The position numbers and the translations under genes are program-made. Of a stretch of 54,273 bases of DNA, positions 7,378-17,465 are shown in pieces. Positions within the stretch are counted from its first letter, which is position 1, and the number at the start of each line of letters is the position of its first letter. Source of the DNA: Phenylobacterium sp. (lineage in GTDB: Bacteria > Pseudomonadota > Alphaproteobacteria > Caulobacterales > Caulobacteraceae); assembly GCA_035656795.1 (NCBI GenBank), contig DASRRU010000108.1, forward strand, positions 1 to 54,273, in the 5' to 3' direction. The notes beneath the pieces were generated by a model that saw only the letters and a program-made list of their open reading frames with translations, was not told the origin of the DNA and ran no database searches.

Positions 7378-7830
7378 ATGCGCATCTTCATCGACGCCGA
7401 CGCCTGTCCGGTGAAGGACGAGATCTACAAGGTCGCCGCGCGCTACGGCCTGACCACGACGGTGGTCTCCAACAGCTTCATCGCCATCCCGCCCTCCAAG
7501 CTGATCGAGCGGATGATCGTCGACGCCGGTCCCGACGTGGCCGACGACTGGATCGCCGAACGTACAGAGCCCGGCGACATCGTGGTGACCAACGACATCC
7601 CTCTCGCTGACCGGGTGTTGAAAGCCGGCGGCGTGGCGATCGCGCCGAACGGGCGGCAATTCACGACCGACAGCATCGGCTCGGCGCTCGCCTCCCGCGC
7701 GGTGGCGGAGCACATCCGCTCCATGGGCGAGATGACCGGCGGCCCGAAGCCCTTCGCCCAGGCCGACCGCTCCCGCTTTCTGCAGGCCCTGGATGAGGCG
7801 GTGAACCGCGAGAAGCGCAGGCGACGCTAG
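7378..7830 (+). CDS. YaiI/YqxD family protein (UPF0178)
   Basis: IFIDADACPVKDEI, DVADDWI, DIVVTNDIPLA, GGPKPF motifs. Confidence 0.92.
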   Translation: MRIFIDADACPVKDEIYKVAARYGLTTTVVSNSFIAIPPSKLIERMIVDAGPDVADDWIAERTEPGDIVVTNDIPLADRVLKAGGVAIAPNGRQFTTDSIGSALASRAVAEHIRSMGEMTGGPKPFAQADRSRFLQALDEAVNREKRRRR

Positions 7831-7902
7831 GCTCGCCTTGCCTCATCGCGCCCCGCGCGGGTATGGGCTGCCCGGATAGACCGCTGCAGGAGAGCTTCGC
7901 CA

Positions 7903-8406
7903 ATGCGCTGGATGGGTTTCACGATCGCCGCCCTGGCCGCGACCACCGCGCTGTCGGCATGCAACAAGCCCGCGAAAGCTCCCCCGGCCGAGACCACAAC
8001 CGCATCGACGCCCACGGCCGCGCCGGCGCCCATGACCGACGCCGAGAAGAAGGCGGCGCTTGCCGCGCTGCCCGCGCCCTACAACACCGCCGACCTGGAC
8101 AACGGGGAATCGAAGTTCGCGCTCTGCTCCGCCTGCCACACCCTGCAGCAGGGCGGGCCGAACATGACCGGACCGAACCTCTACGGCGTGTTCGGGCGCA
8201 AGGCCGCGACCCTGGCCGGCTTCACCTATTCCGACGCGCTCAAGGCCGCCGGATGGACCTGGGACGCCCAGCATCTGGATGCGTGGATCACCGATCCGAA
8301 GGTCGCCGCCCCAGGGACCAAGATGACCTTCGCCGGCTTGAAGGACCCCAAGGACCGCACCGACGTCATCGCCTATGTGATGATCCGCACCGGCTTCAAG
8401 CCGTAG
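7903..8406 (+). CDS. Cytochrome c (c2-like), lipoprotein-anchored
   Basis: Lipobox LSAC, haem motif CSACH, GPNLYGVFGR, PGTKMTFAGL. Confidence 0.93.
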   Translation: MRWMGFTIAALAATTALSACNKPAKAPPAETTTASTPTAAPAPMTDAEKKAALAALPAPYNTADLDNGESKFALCSACHTLQQGGPNMTGPNLYGVFGRKAATLAGFTYSDALKAAGWTWDAQHLDAWITDPKVAAPGTKMTFAGLKDPKDRTDVIAYVMIRTGFKP

Positions 8407-8450
8407 GGCGGGCCGACGTTCAACCGCCGTCGCTCGCCGCTATAGCGCCA

Positions 8451-9221
8451 TCAGGCGTCGTATCCGGGCAGTTCGCGGTCGAGCTTGCGCAGCGAGCCCG
8501 GCCAGGCCAGCGCCCCGCCGATGCCGCGGGCGACCTGGTTCCTGACTTCGGCCTGGGCGGCGTCAGGCGCGATCAGCACGCCGTCCTTGCCGCCGGAAAG
8601 CGCCTTCACCTGCATCGTGCAGGCCCGCTCCAGATAGTACATGCCGACCCAGCAGTTGGCGGCGGTGTCGCCCACGGCCAGCGTGCCATGGTTGCGCAGC
8701 AACACCAGGGTCTTGTCGCCGATGTCCGCCACCAGGCGCTCGCGCTCGTCGTGGTTCAGCGCGATGCCTTCATAGTCGTGGTAGGCGAGACGCGGCAGCA
8801 CGATCAGGGCGTGCTGCGACAGGGGCATCAGGCCGGACACCTGCGCGGCCACCGCCACCCCGTCGTCGGAGTGCAGGTGCATGACGAACTTGGCGTCCTC
8901 GCGGGCGTGGTGGATCGCCGAGTGGATGGTGAAGCCCGCTGGATTGATGAAGTAGGGCGTCTCCTGGAGGATGTTCCCATCCAGGTCGATCTTGACCAGC
9001 GACGAGGCGGTGATCTCCTCGAACAGCATGCCGTAGGGATTGATCAGGAAGTGATGCTCCGGCCCAGGGATGCGGGCGGAGATGTGGGTGTAGATCAGGT
9101 CGTCCCATCCATGGAGCGCCACCAGGCGATAGAGGGCCGCCAGCTCCACCCGGACCTGCCACTCCTCGGCGCTGACCTTGCCCTTGAGCGAGACGACGCC
9201 TGCAACCGATCCATCCGCCAT
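8451..9221 (-). CDS. Class II aldolase/adducin family protein
   Basis: DLIYTHISAR, INPAGFTIHSAIH, MHLH, LLRNHG. Start placed at MADG (GGAAGG RBS). Confidence 0.92.
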   Translation of the reverse strand: MADGSVAGVVSLKGKVSAEEWQVRVELAALYRLVALHGWDDLIYTHISARIPGPEHHFLINPYGMLFEEITASSLVKIDLDGNILQETPYFINPAGFTIHSAIHHAREDAKFVMHLHSDDGVAVAAQVSGLMPLSQHALIVLPRLAYHDYEGIALNHDERERLVADIGDKTLVLLRNHGTLAVGDTAANCWVGMYYLERACTMQVKALSGGKDGVLIAPDAAQAEVRNQVARGIGGALAWPGSLRKLDRELPGYDA

Positions 9222-9278
9222 GGCTTGGCCTTCCATTCATAGGGTTCGAGGTCAGATTCCGCCCCGTAGGCTTCGGCG

Positions 9279-10793
9279 TCAAGCTTGGCTGCGTGTGCGC
9301 GCCACCGCATCGAGCCATCGGGCGTAGGCCGCCTCGCGGCGATGAGGGTCCATGACGGGGCTGTAGACCTCCGTGCTGGGCCGCACGCTGGCCGCCTCCT
9401 CGATGTCGCGGTAGACGCCTGCGCCCACCCCGGCGAACATCGCCGCGCCCAGCGCCGTCATTTCGCCGAAGGCCGCGCGGCCGACCGAGACGCCGGTCAG
9501 GTCGGCCAGCCGCTGGCTGAACCAGGCGCTGCGCGACATGCCGCCGTCGATGCGCAGCTCCAGCTTGGCGTGGAAGGCGTCCGGCGCATCGGCGCGCATC
9601 GCCTCGATCAGGTCGCGGGTCTGCAAGGCGCTGGCGTCGAAGGCCGCCCGGCTGATCTCCGGCAGGCCGGCGTCGCGGGTGAGGCCCACGATGGCGCCGC
9701 GCGCGCCCGCGTCCCACCAGGGCGCGCCGAGGCCGGTGAAAGCCGGCACCAGAACCACGCCCAGGTCATCGCGGGCCGCCATGGCCAGTTTCTCGACGCC
9801 CTGCGGCCCGCCGCCGATCTGCAGCCCCTCTTCCATCCACTGAATCGCCGCGCCGGCGATGAAGATCGCGCCTTCCAGGGCGAAGGTCGCCTTGCCGTTC
9901 ACCCGCGCCGCCACCGTGGTCAGCAGCCGGGCCTTTGAGACCGGCGCGGTCTCGCCGGTGTTGAGCAGCATGAAGCAGCCGGTGCCGTAGGTGGCTTTCA
10001 TCTCGCCGGGCCGGATGCAGCCCTGCCCCATCAGCGCCGCCTGCTGGTCGCCCGCCACGCCGCGGATCGGGATCGCCCGGCCCAGCAGCCCGGCGTCCGT
10101 CTCGCCGTAGTCGCCGGCGCAGTCGCGCACCTCCGGCATCAGGGCAAGTGGCGCGTTGAGCATCTCGGCCATCGCCGGCGACCAGACCTGGCGGCGGATG
10201 TCGAACAGCAGGGTGCGCGAAGCGTTGGTGGCGTCGGTGGCGTGGGTCGCTCCGCGGTTGTCTGGGCCGCCTGTCAGCTTCCAGATCACCCAGGAGTCGA
10301 TGGTCCCGGCCAGCAGCTCTCCGGCCTCGGCCCGGGCGCGGGCGCCGGCCACATGGTCCAGCAGCCAGGCGATCTTGGTCCCCGAGAAATAGGGGTCGAG
10401 CAGCAGGCCGGTGATCTCGGTGACCTCGGCCTCGCGGCCCGCCGCGCGCAAATTGTCGCAGGCGTCGGAGGTGCGTCGGTCCTGCCAGACGATGGCTTTG
10501 TGTATCGGCAGGCCGGTGGCGCGGTCCCAGATCACCACCGTCTCGCGCTGGTTGGTCACGCCGATGGCGGCCACTTCGGCCATGGACCGGGCCGCCTTCC
10601 GCACCACCTCACGCAGCACCTCCACCGAGGCGCGGAAGATATCGTCGGCGTCGTGCTCAACCCAGCCGTCAGCCGGGTAGAACTGCTCCAGCGGCCGGCC
10701 CGCCTCCGCCAGGGCGCGGCCCGCGGCGTCGAACAGAATCGCCCTTGTACTTGTGGTTCCCTGATCGAGCGCCAGGATCAGCGGCTCGGCCAT
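9279..10793 (-). CDS. glpK: Glycerol kinase
   Basis: LALDQGTTSTR, GVTNQRET, IVWQDRRT, DPYFSGTK, GDQQAAL, KATYGTGCF, PAFTGLGAPWW. Confidence 0.95.
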   Translation of the reverse strand: MAEPLILALDQGTTSTRAILFDAAGRALAEAGRPLEQFYPADGWVEHDADDIFRASVEVLREVVRKAARSMAEVAAIGVTNQRETVVIWDRATGLPIHKAIVWQDRRTSDACDNLRAAGREAEVTEITGLLLDPYFSGTKIAWLLDHVAGARARAEAGELLAGTIDSWVIWKLTGGPDNRGATHATDATNASRTLLFDIRRQVWSPAMAEMLNAPLALMPEVRDCAGDYGETDAGLLGRAIPIRGVAGDQQAALMGQGCIRPGEMKATYGTGCFMLLNTGETAPVSKARLLTTVAARVNGKATFALEGAIFIAGAAIQWMEEGLQIGGGPQGVEKLAMAARDDLGVVLVPAFTGLGAPWWDAGARGAIVGLTRDAGLPEISRAAFDASALQTRDLIEAMRADAPDAFHAKLELRIDGGMSRSAWFSQRLADLTGVSVGRAAFGEMTALGAAMFAGVGAGVYRDIEEAASVRPSTEVYSPVMDPHRREAAYARWLDAVARTRSQA

Positions 10794-10894
10794 GCCATCC
10801 CCCATCCAATTTCGTTGCCCGCGGTTTAAACATGTTTTCATCCGCGTCGCCCATGTTGCCCGTTCAGCCTCACCGACAGAATGGAGGGATGGGC

Positions 10895-12013
10895 TTGAGC
10901 GTCGCGATGAGCAGCGAAAGCCTGCTGGAACTCGCCAAGAGCCGCATGCCCGCGGATCGCGAGCGATTGCTGCTGGGCATTGTGGAACTGTGCGACGCTG
11001 ACAACGGGGCCGTCGCGAAGGTTTCGCCGCAGATCCAGGCTCTGCTGAATTCGATTTTCCTGGGCCTGGTCGCCGGCGCCGAGCGGGAGATCCGCAAGCG
11101 CCTGGCCGAGAAGCTCTCCACCGCCGAATGGGCGCCGCCGGCGCTGATCAACGTCCTGGCCCTCGATGAGATCGAGATAGCCCGGCCGGTGATCGCCGCC
11201 AGCCCGCTCCTGAAGGACACCGATCTCGTCCGCCTGCTGATCGAGGCGACGATCGAGCACCAGATCGAGGTGGCGCGCCGCCCGAACCTGGGCCCCAGCG
11301 TGGTCGCGGCCATCCTCAAGTCCGCGGAGCCGGCGGTGATGACCGCGCTTGCCGGCAACCACTCCGCCGAGATGGCGCCGGCCGAGATGCAGCAGCTGGT
11401 GGTGGCCGCGCGCGAGATCGCCTCGCTGGGAATACCGCTGTCGAAACATCCCAATCTGACCGACGATCTGGCGATGCAGCTCTACATCTGGGTGGGCCAG
11501 GCGCTGCGCCAGGCGCTCGCCGACCGCTTCCGGCTCGATCCCAAGATGATCGAGGCCGCCCTCGCCCGGTCTGTGAAGGAAGCCCATATCGCCGCACCAG
11601 GCGGCCAGGGCGCCGTGGTCATGGCCCGTGACGGCGAGCGAGAGGCCATGGAGGCCCGGCTGATCGAGAAGCTTCACGCCGCGGGCCAACTGCGCCCCGG
11701 CTACCTGGTCCGCGCCCTGCAGGAGCGCCGCTTGTCGCTGTTCGTCGTGGCGCTGGCGACCCTGGGCCGCTTTGAGATGGACCATGTGCGCCGAGTGATC
11801 GATTCCGACCGCCCGGAACTGCTGGGCCTGGCCTGCGCCGCCGTGGGCATCGATCGGAGCGTGTTCCCCTCAATTCTGGAGATGATCCGTAGTCTGAACA
11901 ATGGTCGGCCCGGCGGCGGGCCGGAGGGCGCACGACGCGCCAGCGGCGCCTTCGGACCGGTCAGCTCGCAGGTCGCCGCCACCGCCTTTCGCCAGGCCGC
12001 GCTCTCGGTTTGA
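10895..12013 (+). CDS. DUF2336-domain protein (possibly SpbR-like polar protein)
   Basis: LAEKLS...APPALINVLALDEIEIARPVIAASPLL...IEHQIEVARRP. TTG start placed after GGAGGG; orthology unverified. Confidence 0.8.
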   Translation: MSVAMSSESLLELAKSRMPADRERLLLGIVELCDADNGAVAKVSPQIQALLNSIFLGLVAGAEREIRKRLAEKLSTAEWAPPALINVLALDEIEIARPVIAASPLLKDTDLVRLLIEATIEHQIEVARRPNLGPSVVAAILKSAEPAVMTALAGNHSAEMAPAEMQQLVVAAREIASLGIPLSKHPNLTDDLAMQLYIWVGQALRQALADRFRLDPKMIEAALARSVKEAHIAAPGGQGAVVMARDGEREAMEARLIEKLHAAGQLRPGYLVRALQERRLSLFVVALATLGRFEMDHVRRVIDSDRPELLGLACAAVGIDRSVFPSILEMIRSLNNGRPGGGPEGARRASGAFGPVSSQVAATAFRQAALSV

Positions 12014-12072
12014 CAAGCCGTCGGGCTTGACCGCTTCTGCCGATCGCACTGCAGCCTGACCCGAGCCTCGTC

Positions 12073-12834
12073 GTGACGCGCATCGCCTTTACCGCCAGCG
12101 AACGCCCCGAGGCGCAGGAAGGCCGCGCCCGCCTGGTCAAGCGCTACGGCGAGACTCCCGTCGATGAGGCCGAGGTGATCGTCGCCCTGGGTGGCGACGG
12201 CTTCATGCTGGAATGTTTCCACGATCACATGGCGCTGGGCGTTCCGATCTACGGCATGAACCGCGGCTCGGTCGGTTTCCTGATGAACGACTACAGCGAG
12301 GTGGGCCTCCTGGAGCGTATCTCCGCGGCCGAGAAGGCGGTGATCCACCCGCTGCGGATGACCGCCACCGACGCTGAGGGTCAGAGCCACGTTGCGCTGG
12401 CGATCAACGAGGTCTCCCTGCTGCGCCAGACCCGGCAGGCGGCCAAGCTGCGGATCTCCATCGACGGCAAGCTGCGCTTGAGCGAACTGTCCTGCGACGG
12501 GGCGCTGGTCTCCACGCCGGCCGGCTCGACCGCCTACAACCTCTCGGCTCATGGCCCGATCATCCCCCTGGACGCGCGCGTCCTGGCGCTGACCCCGATC
12601 AGCGCCTTTCGCCCCCGCCGCTGGCGCGGCGCGCTTCTCGCTCACACCGCCAAGGTGACCTTCGAGATCCTCGAGGCCAGCAAGCGCCCGGTGAGCGCCG
12701 TGGCCGACAACATCGAGGTGCGCGACGTGCTCGCTGTGCACATCGCCGAGGACCGCGAGGTGGCGCTCCACATGCTGTTCGACGAAGGCCGCAGCCTCGA
12801 AGAGCGCGTGATCGCCGAGCAGTTCTCCGCCTGA
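12073..12834 (+). CDS. nadK: NAD kinase
   Basis: [42 protein letters not shown]. Confidence 0.95.
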   Translation: MTRIAFTASERPEAQEGRARLVKRYGETPVDEAEVIVALGGDGFMLECFHDHMALGVPIYGMNRGSVGFLMNDYSEVGLLERISAAEKAVIHPLRMTATDAEGQSHVALAINEVSLLRQTRQAAKLRISIDGKLRLSELSCDGALVSTPAGSTAYNLSAHGPIIPLDARVLALTPISAFRPRRWRGALLAHTAKVTFEILEASKRPVSAVADNIEVRDVLAVHIAEDREVALHMLFDEGRSLEERVIAEQFSA

Positions 12835-12962
12835 GCTGCGGCAAACCGCCGCCCGCGCGGCGAGCGCTGCCGTGGAAATCCTGTCAAAACCGTGGGTTGC
12901 TTCATACCGGTTATTAACAGGTTGCCGCCTATCCTGCGTGCTGGTCATCTGGAGGGCGTCTC

Positions 12963-13448
12963 GTGAGCCAGCAGAATTCCGGTCAACTGGTCCAGCCGAA
13001 CAATGCGCTGCGCCTGAAGGTGGGCGGCGGCCGTCTGGGCGCCATCGATCCGTCCGCCATCGCCAAGGCCGAAGCCGCGCTGAAGAGTCTCGCCGGCAAC
13101 TTCTCCCAATGGCTGAACGACGAGATCGTCAAGCTCGACGCCGCGCGCGCGCAGGTCACGGACGCCGGCGCGACGCCTGAGACGATGGAAAGCCTCTACC
13201 TGCGCGCCCACGACCTGAAGGGCTTGGGCACGACCTATGGCTACCAGCTGATCACCCGCATCGCCGGTTCGCTCTGCCGGATGATCGACGACAAGGAAAA
13301 GCGCACCGCTGCGCCGCTGGATCTGGTCGACGCCCACATCGACGGGATCAAGGCCGCCGTCCGCGACGACATCAAGTCGGACGAACACCCGGTCGGGTGC
13401 GCGCTGGTCGAGGATTTGGAGCGCCGCGTGAAGGCGATGGGAGCCTAA
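12963..13448 (+). CDS. Hpt (histidine phosphotransfer) domain protein
   Basis: LYLRAHDLKGLGTTYGY phospho-His motif, helical; GGAGG RBS. Confidence 0.85.
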   Translation: MSQQNSGQLVQPNNALRLKVGGGRLGAIDPSAIAKAEAALKSLAGNFSQWLNDEIVKLDAARAQVTDAGATPETMESLYLRAHDLKGLGTTYGYQLITRIAGSLCRMIDDKEKRTAAPLDLVDAHIDGIKAAVRDDIKSDEHPVGCALVEDLERRVKAMGA

Positions 13449-13469
13449 GGGCCCCTCCCAAGCTATCAG

Positions 13470-14255
13470 CTACATTACGTTTTCCAGGGGCTCCGCCACA
13501 GCGCCGTAACCGGCGTCGGGCGGCAGCACCAGCACGCGCCCTGACGGACGCTGCTCGATCTGCGGCTGGACTGTCACCAGGGTCCGCGCCGCCGCGCGCG
13601 CCACGGCATCCTGCGCGCCCTTCGCCTCGGCCAGCAGCTGCAGGTTCATCCGCGTCGGGAAGATCACCTTGCGCTCGCCGGCCGCGGCCAGGCGCAAGGC
13701 CTCCGCCGGCGCGATCCACTCCGCATCCACCGTTTCGCGCCCGTCGCACGCCGCCAGTTGTTCCGCCGGCGCGGTGACGGCGTAAAACCAGGTGTCGAAG
13801 CGCTTGGGCGTCAGCGGCGGCGTGATCCATCGGGCGAACACCGTCAGCGCATCGAGGTCGAGATAGGCGTCGAGGCCGGACACCACATCGATGAACCGGG
13901 TTGCGCCCGCGTCCACTGCCTGCCGGACCGCCATCGGACAGGCCTCGCCGCTCATCGGCTCTCCATCGCGCCGGCGCGCGAGCAATATGCCGGCCTCTTC
14001 GAACACTTCTCGGATGGCGGCGATGCGCAAGGCCCGCTGATCGGCGTCGTAGGCCTCCCAGCCCACCGTGTGGATGGCCCAGTTGGGATCGTGGTCGCCG
14101 ACGTGACTCTTGCCGCCCGGGAAGACCAGGGCGCCGGATGCGAAGTCGATCTGGTGGTGGCGCTTGACCATCAGCACCTCAAAGGCGGGGTCGTCGCGCA
14201 ACAGCAGGATAGTGGCGGCCGGCTTGATCTCGGCGGTCTTGGGAGCGTCAGTCAT
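13470..14255 (-). CDS. NUDIX hydrolase (NUDT19-like)
   Basis: PAATILLLRD, VFPGG, AAIREVFEEAG, RWITP, RFDTWFY. Confidence 0.9.
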   Translation of the reverse strand: MTDAPKTAEIKPAATILLLRDDPAFEVLMVKRHHQIDFASGALVFPGGKSHVGDHDPNWAIHTVGWEAYDADQRALRIAAIREVFEEAGILLARRRDGEPMSGEACPMAVRQAVDAGATRFIDVVSGLDAYLDLDALTVFARWITPPLTPKRFDTWFYAVTAPAEQLAACDGRETVDAEWIAPAEALRLAAAGERKVIFPTRMNLQLLAEAKGAQDAVARAAARTLVTVQPQIEQRPSGRVLVLPPDAGYGAVAEPLENVM

Positions 14256-14299
14256 CGCGGCAGCTTGGGGCGGTGCGGCGGCCGGCGCAAGCCGGGGCT

Positions 14300-15439
14300 C
14301 TAGCTGGCCTGAGCCTCGGCCCCCGCCTCGAGAGAGACCTGATCCATCTTGTCGAGCAGGTAGTCGACGTCTTCGCGGGAGGCGGTCTGCGGCTGGGTCA
14401 GGAACCGCTGCAGCATGCGCTGCTGAAAGCGCTCCAGGTCACGGGCTCCGCCGTCGAATTCCATGGCGTGATAGGTGTCGACCGCCGCGCGGAAGGCGGG
14501 GAACAGCCGCGCCGGCAGACCCGCGCGTTCGTAGATCGCCCGCAACCCCAGGGGCCCGGCGTCGTGGATCATCAGCCAGGTGCGGTGGTGCGGCACGCCG
14601 GCGAGCTCGGCGATGCCCCACTCGAAAAACGTCATATGGCCCTGGGCCACGCCGCGCAGCATGAGCGAGGGCGTCAGCCGCCCATGCGCCGCCAGGTGGC
14701 TCACGAAGCCGCGGACGTCCGCCGCGCGGCCCGCCTGGTCGATCAGGTCGACGGTGGCGCGCTCGGTGGCGCCCATGGCAAGGGTGAGCGCCGTCTCCGG
14801 TTCTACGGCGTGATGAGCGATCAGATGATCGCGAAGCTGGTCGCCCACCTGGGTGACGAGCGCTTCGCTGACCGATGGCGGCAGGACATTGCGGTAGGCG
14901 ATCGCCGCCAGCACCTTCTCGTGGCTCTCGAAGCGGGCCATCACCTGCTGCAGTGCGCCCTCGGCGAAGTCGGCGTTGTCGTTGGCGCAGGCCACAAGCA
15001 CGGCGCGCTCGCCGCCATGCTCGGCGATGGCGTCGGTGACGGTGCGCGACAGCATCGGGCGGCGCGCGATGGCCAGCTGGCGCACCGGGCCGCCCAGACG
15101 GACGATGTCCGCAAGGTCGGAATCCAGGAACACCGGCGAGAAATTCAGCATCGGCAGGGAGATGGTCTCGACGTCGCGGGCGAGCCTGAGGGCGACATCG
15201 CGTGGCACTAGGGGCGATGCCTTCAGGGTCACCGCCAGGGCGCGCCGCACTAGCTCGGCAGCGTCGCCGGCCATGACCCGCAGGATCTCCTGGGCCGTTG
15301 CGCGATCGTCGATGGTCAGCTTGGTCGCCTCGATGGAGCGGCAGAGTTTGTAGGCCGCGGCGGCGCGGACGTCCGGCGTCACGCCCTTCACCAGCGTGCG
15401 GATGTCGTCCTGCGTCAGCGCTGAGCGCGTCGTCGCCAT
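14300..15439 (-). CDS. DUF2336-domain protein
   Basis: VRRALAVTLKASPLVPRDVALRLARD...SPVFLDSDL...RQLAIARR; start MATTRS. Confidence 0.85.
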   Translation of the reverse strand: MATTRSALTQDDIRTLVKGVTPDVRAAAAYKLCRSIEATKLTIDDRATAQEILRVMAGDAAELVRRALAVTLKASPLVPRDVALRLARDVETISLPMLNFSPVFLDSDLADIVRLGGPVRQLAIARRPMLSRTVTDAIAEHGGERAVLVACANDNADFAEGALQQVMARFESHEKVLAAIAYRNVLPPSVSEALVTQVGDQLRDHLIAHHAVEPETALTLAMGATERATVDLIDQAGRAADVRGFVSHLAAHGRLTPSLMLRGVAQGHMTFFEWGIAELAGVPHHRTWLMIHDAGPLGLRAIYERAGLPARLFPAFRAAVDTYHAMEFDGGARDLERFQQRMLQRFLTQPQTASREDVDYLLDKMDQVSLEAGAEAQAS

Positions 15440-15519
15440 GCCGGTTAGCGGTCCCAGATGTGGGCGCGAACCCACCCCGAGCCTCGCCTTCCCACGAGTC
15501 TGACTGTCCGCGACCACGC

Positions 15520-15534
15520 TTAACGCGGGGTTAG
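15520..15534. promoter_or_regulatory. CtrA-like binding site
   Basis: TTAA-CGCGGGG-TTAG (TTAA-N7-TTAA consensus, one mismatch) upstream of the DUF2336 gene. Confidence 0.55.
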
Positions 15535-15727
15535 GAACCGAATCTGTGGATTAGGGAACCAGCGCAGCCGCTGGAGCAAGTCGTGACGACGCTCGACAGC
15601 GCGCCGCTTTTCCGACAGGAATTCGACAAGAAACAGACAAGTATTCGGTAGTTATTGTCGCACTTCTTTAGATTTATTGGAAACAAATATGCAATTGTGC
15701 GTTGTCCCCTATCGGGAGGAACGACTC

Positions 15728-16102
15728 ATGCACAGCAATCGAATCCTTCTCGCGGAGGACAATGTCATCCTCAGCCACGCACTTTGCGAATTTATGCGCG
15801 CAGAAGGATACGATGTTAAGACAGTATATTGTGGTAAGGCAGGGTTCGAAGCTATCAACCGAGGCGAATACTTCTCCGCCTTGGTGACCGACATTGACCT
15901 CGGCCCTGGTCCCGACGGAGTCGACCTGGCGCGATACGCCCGGGCGCACCTGCCTCACCTGCCAATAGTCTTCATGTCCGGGATCATGGATCCGCGATAC
16001 GCGGTCAACGGCATCGCGCGCTCGCAGTTCGTCGCCAAGCCCTGCGAACCACGCCAGATCAGCCAGGCGCTGACCACGGCGATCCGTCTTGAAGCGGCTT
16101 AG
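15728..16102 (+). CDS. Single-domain response regulator receiver
   Basis: ILLAED, LVTDIDL, DGVDLA, FMSG, VAKP; GGGAGGA RBS. Confidence 0.88.
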   Translation: MHSNRILLAEDNVILSHALCEFMRAEGYDVKTVYCGKAGFEAINRGEYFSALVTDIDLGPGPDGVDLARYARAHLPHLPIVFMSGIMDPRYAVNGIARSQFVAKPCEPRQISQALTTAIRLEAA

Positions 16103-16251
16103 TCCCCGGGTCTGGCGGCTCGTCGTGATCGCCATGGCCGTCGCCGGATACGCCGCCGCGGCCACGGTCGCGATGCGGGCGCAGGGCTAGAAGCTCTTCC
16201 ATTGCGCCGGGCCTGGTGCTCTAGCATGCGGAAAAATCTGGAGACCCACGC

Positions 16252-17448
16252 GTGTTGCTTCAAGGCCTGAAGGTTGTCGAGTTCGCCTCCTATATCGCCG
16301 CCCCCGGGGCCGCCTGCATGCTCGGTGACTGGGGGGCCGACGTGATCAAGGTCGAGCGACCGGGCGGGGACTCCATGCGCCACGTGTTCGCCGACGTGAA
16401 AAGCGAACTCGTCGGCAATCCGACCTTCGACCTGGACAACCGCGGCAAGCGCGCCGTGGTGCTGGACGTGAGCAAGCCCGAAGGCCGCGAAGCGCTGGCG
16501 CGGCTGGCCGCCACGGCCGACGTCTTCATCACCAACGTTCGCCCTGCGGCCCTGAAGCGCGCGGGCCTCGACGAAGAGACGATCCGCGCCACCAATCCGC
16601 GGCTCGTCTACTGCCAGGTCACCGGTTACGGCCTGGAGGGTCCGGACGCCCACAAGCCGGGCTTCGACGTCACCGCCTTCTGGGCGCGCGCCGGCGTCGC
16701 CAACATGACCGCGCCCAAGGGCATGGACCCCTTCATGTTGCGCTCCGGGTTCGGCGATCACATCACCACTCTGGCCACCGTCTCGGCGATCCTGGCCGCG
16801 CTCTACGAGCGCGAGCAGACCGGCAAGGGGCGCATGGTTCAGACATCCCTGCTGGCCACCGGCGTTTACGTCATGGGGTCGGACCTGGCGGTGCAGCTGA
16901 AGTTCGGCCGCCTGGCCTCGATCCGCACCCGCGAGCGGCCGATGAATCCCATCGCCACCTTCTTCAAGAGCGCCGACGATCGCTGGTTCGTGCACAACCC
17001 GCGCGGCGGCAACAAGGACTGGCCGATCTTCTGCGGGGTGGCCGGGCGCCCCGAGCTGGTGGATGACGAACGCTTCGCGACCAGCCGCTCACGCCGCGAA
17101 AACTCCCCGATCCTGGTCGCCGAGTTCGACAAGGCCTTCGCCGCCCTGCCCTTCGAGGAGATTGCGCGCCGAATGGATGAAGCGGATCTCGTCTGGTCGC
17201 CGGTGCAGACCCCGGCCGAAGTCGCCGCCGACCCGCAGGTCATGGCCTCCGGCGCCATCATCCAGGTCGAGGATGGCCAGGGCGGGACCTTCCCCTCGCC
17301 TGCCGCTCCGGCGCAGTTCCCCGGCGCCGACCAGAAGGTCCGGCCCCGATCGCCGACCCTCGGCGAACACACCCGTGAGGTGCTGGCCGAGATTGGCTAT
17401 TCGGAGGGCGAGATCGAGGCGATCTTCGCGGCTGAAGCGGCGGCCTGA
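16252..17448 (+). CDS. CaiB/BaiF family CoA-transferase
   Basis: GADVIKVERPGGD, NRGKR, TGYGLEGP...PGFD, SPTLGEHT. Confidence 0.92.
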   Translation: MLLQGLKVVEFASYIAAPGAACMLGDWGADVIKVERPGGDSMRHVFADVKSELVGNPTFDLDNRGKRAVVLDVSKPEGREALARLAATADVFITNVRPAALKRAGLDEETIRATNPRLVYCQVTGYGLEGPDAHKPGFDVTAFWARAGVANMTAPKGMDPFMLRSGFGDHITTLATVSAILAALYEREQTGKGRMVQTSLLATGVYVMGSDLAVQLKFGRLASIRTRERPMNPIATFFKSADDRWFVHNPRGGNKDWPIFCGVAGRPELVDDERFATSRSRRENSPILVAEFDKAFAALPFEEIARRMDEADLVWSPVQTPAEVAADPQVMASGAIIQVEDGQGGTFPSPAAPAQFPGADQKVRPRSPTLGEHTREVLAEIGYSEGEIEAIFAAEAAA

Positions 17449-17465
17449 CTTCCCTTCCGGGGCGG

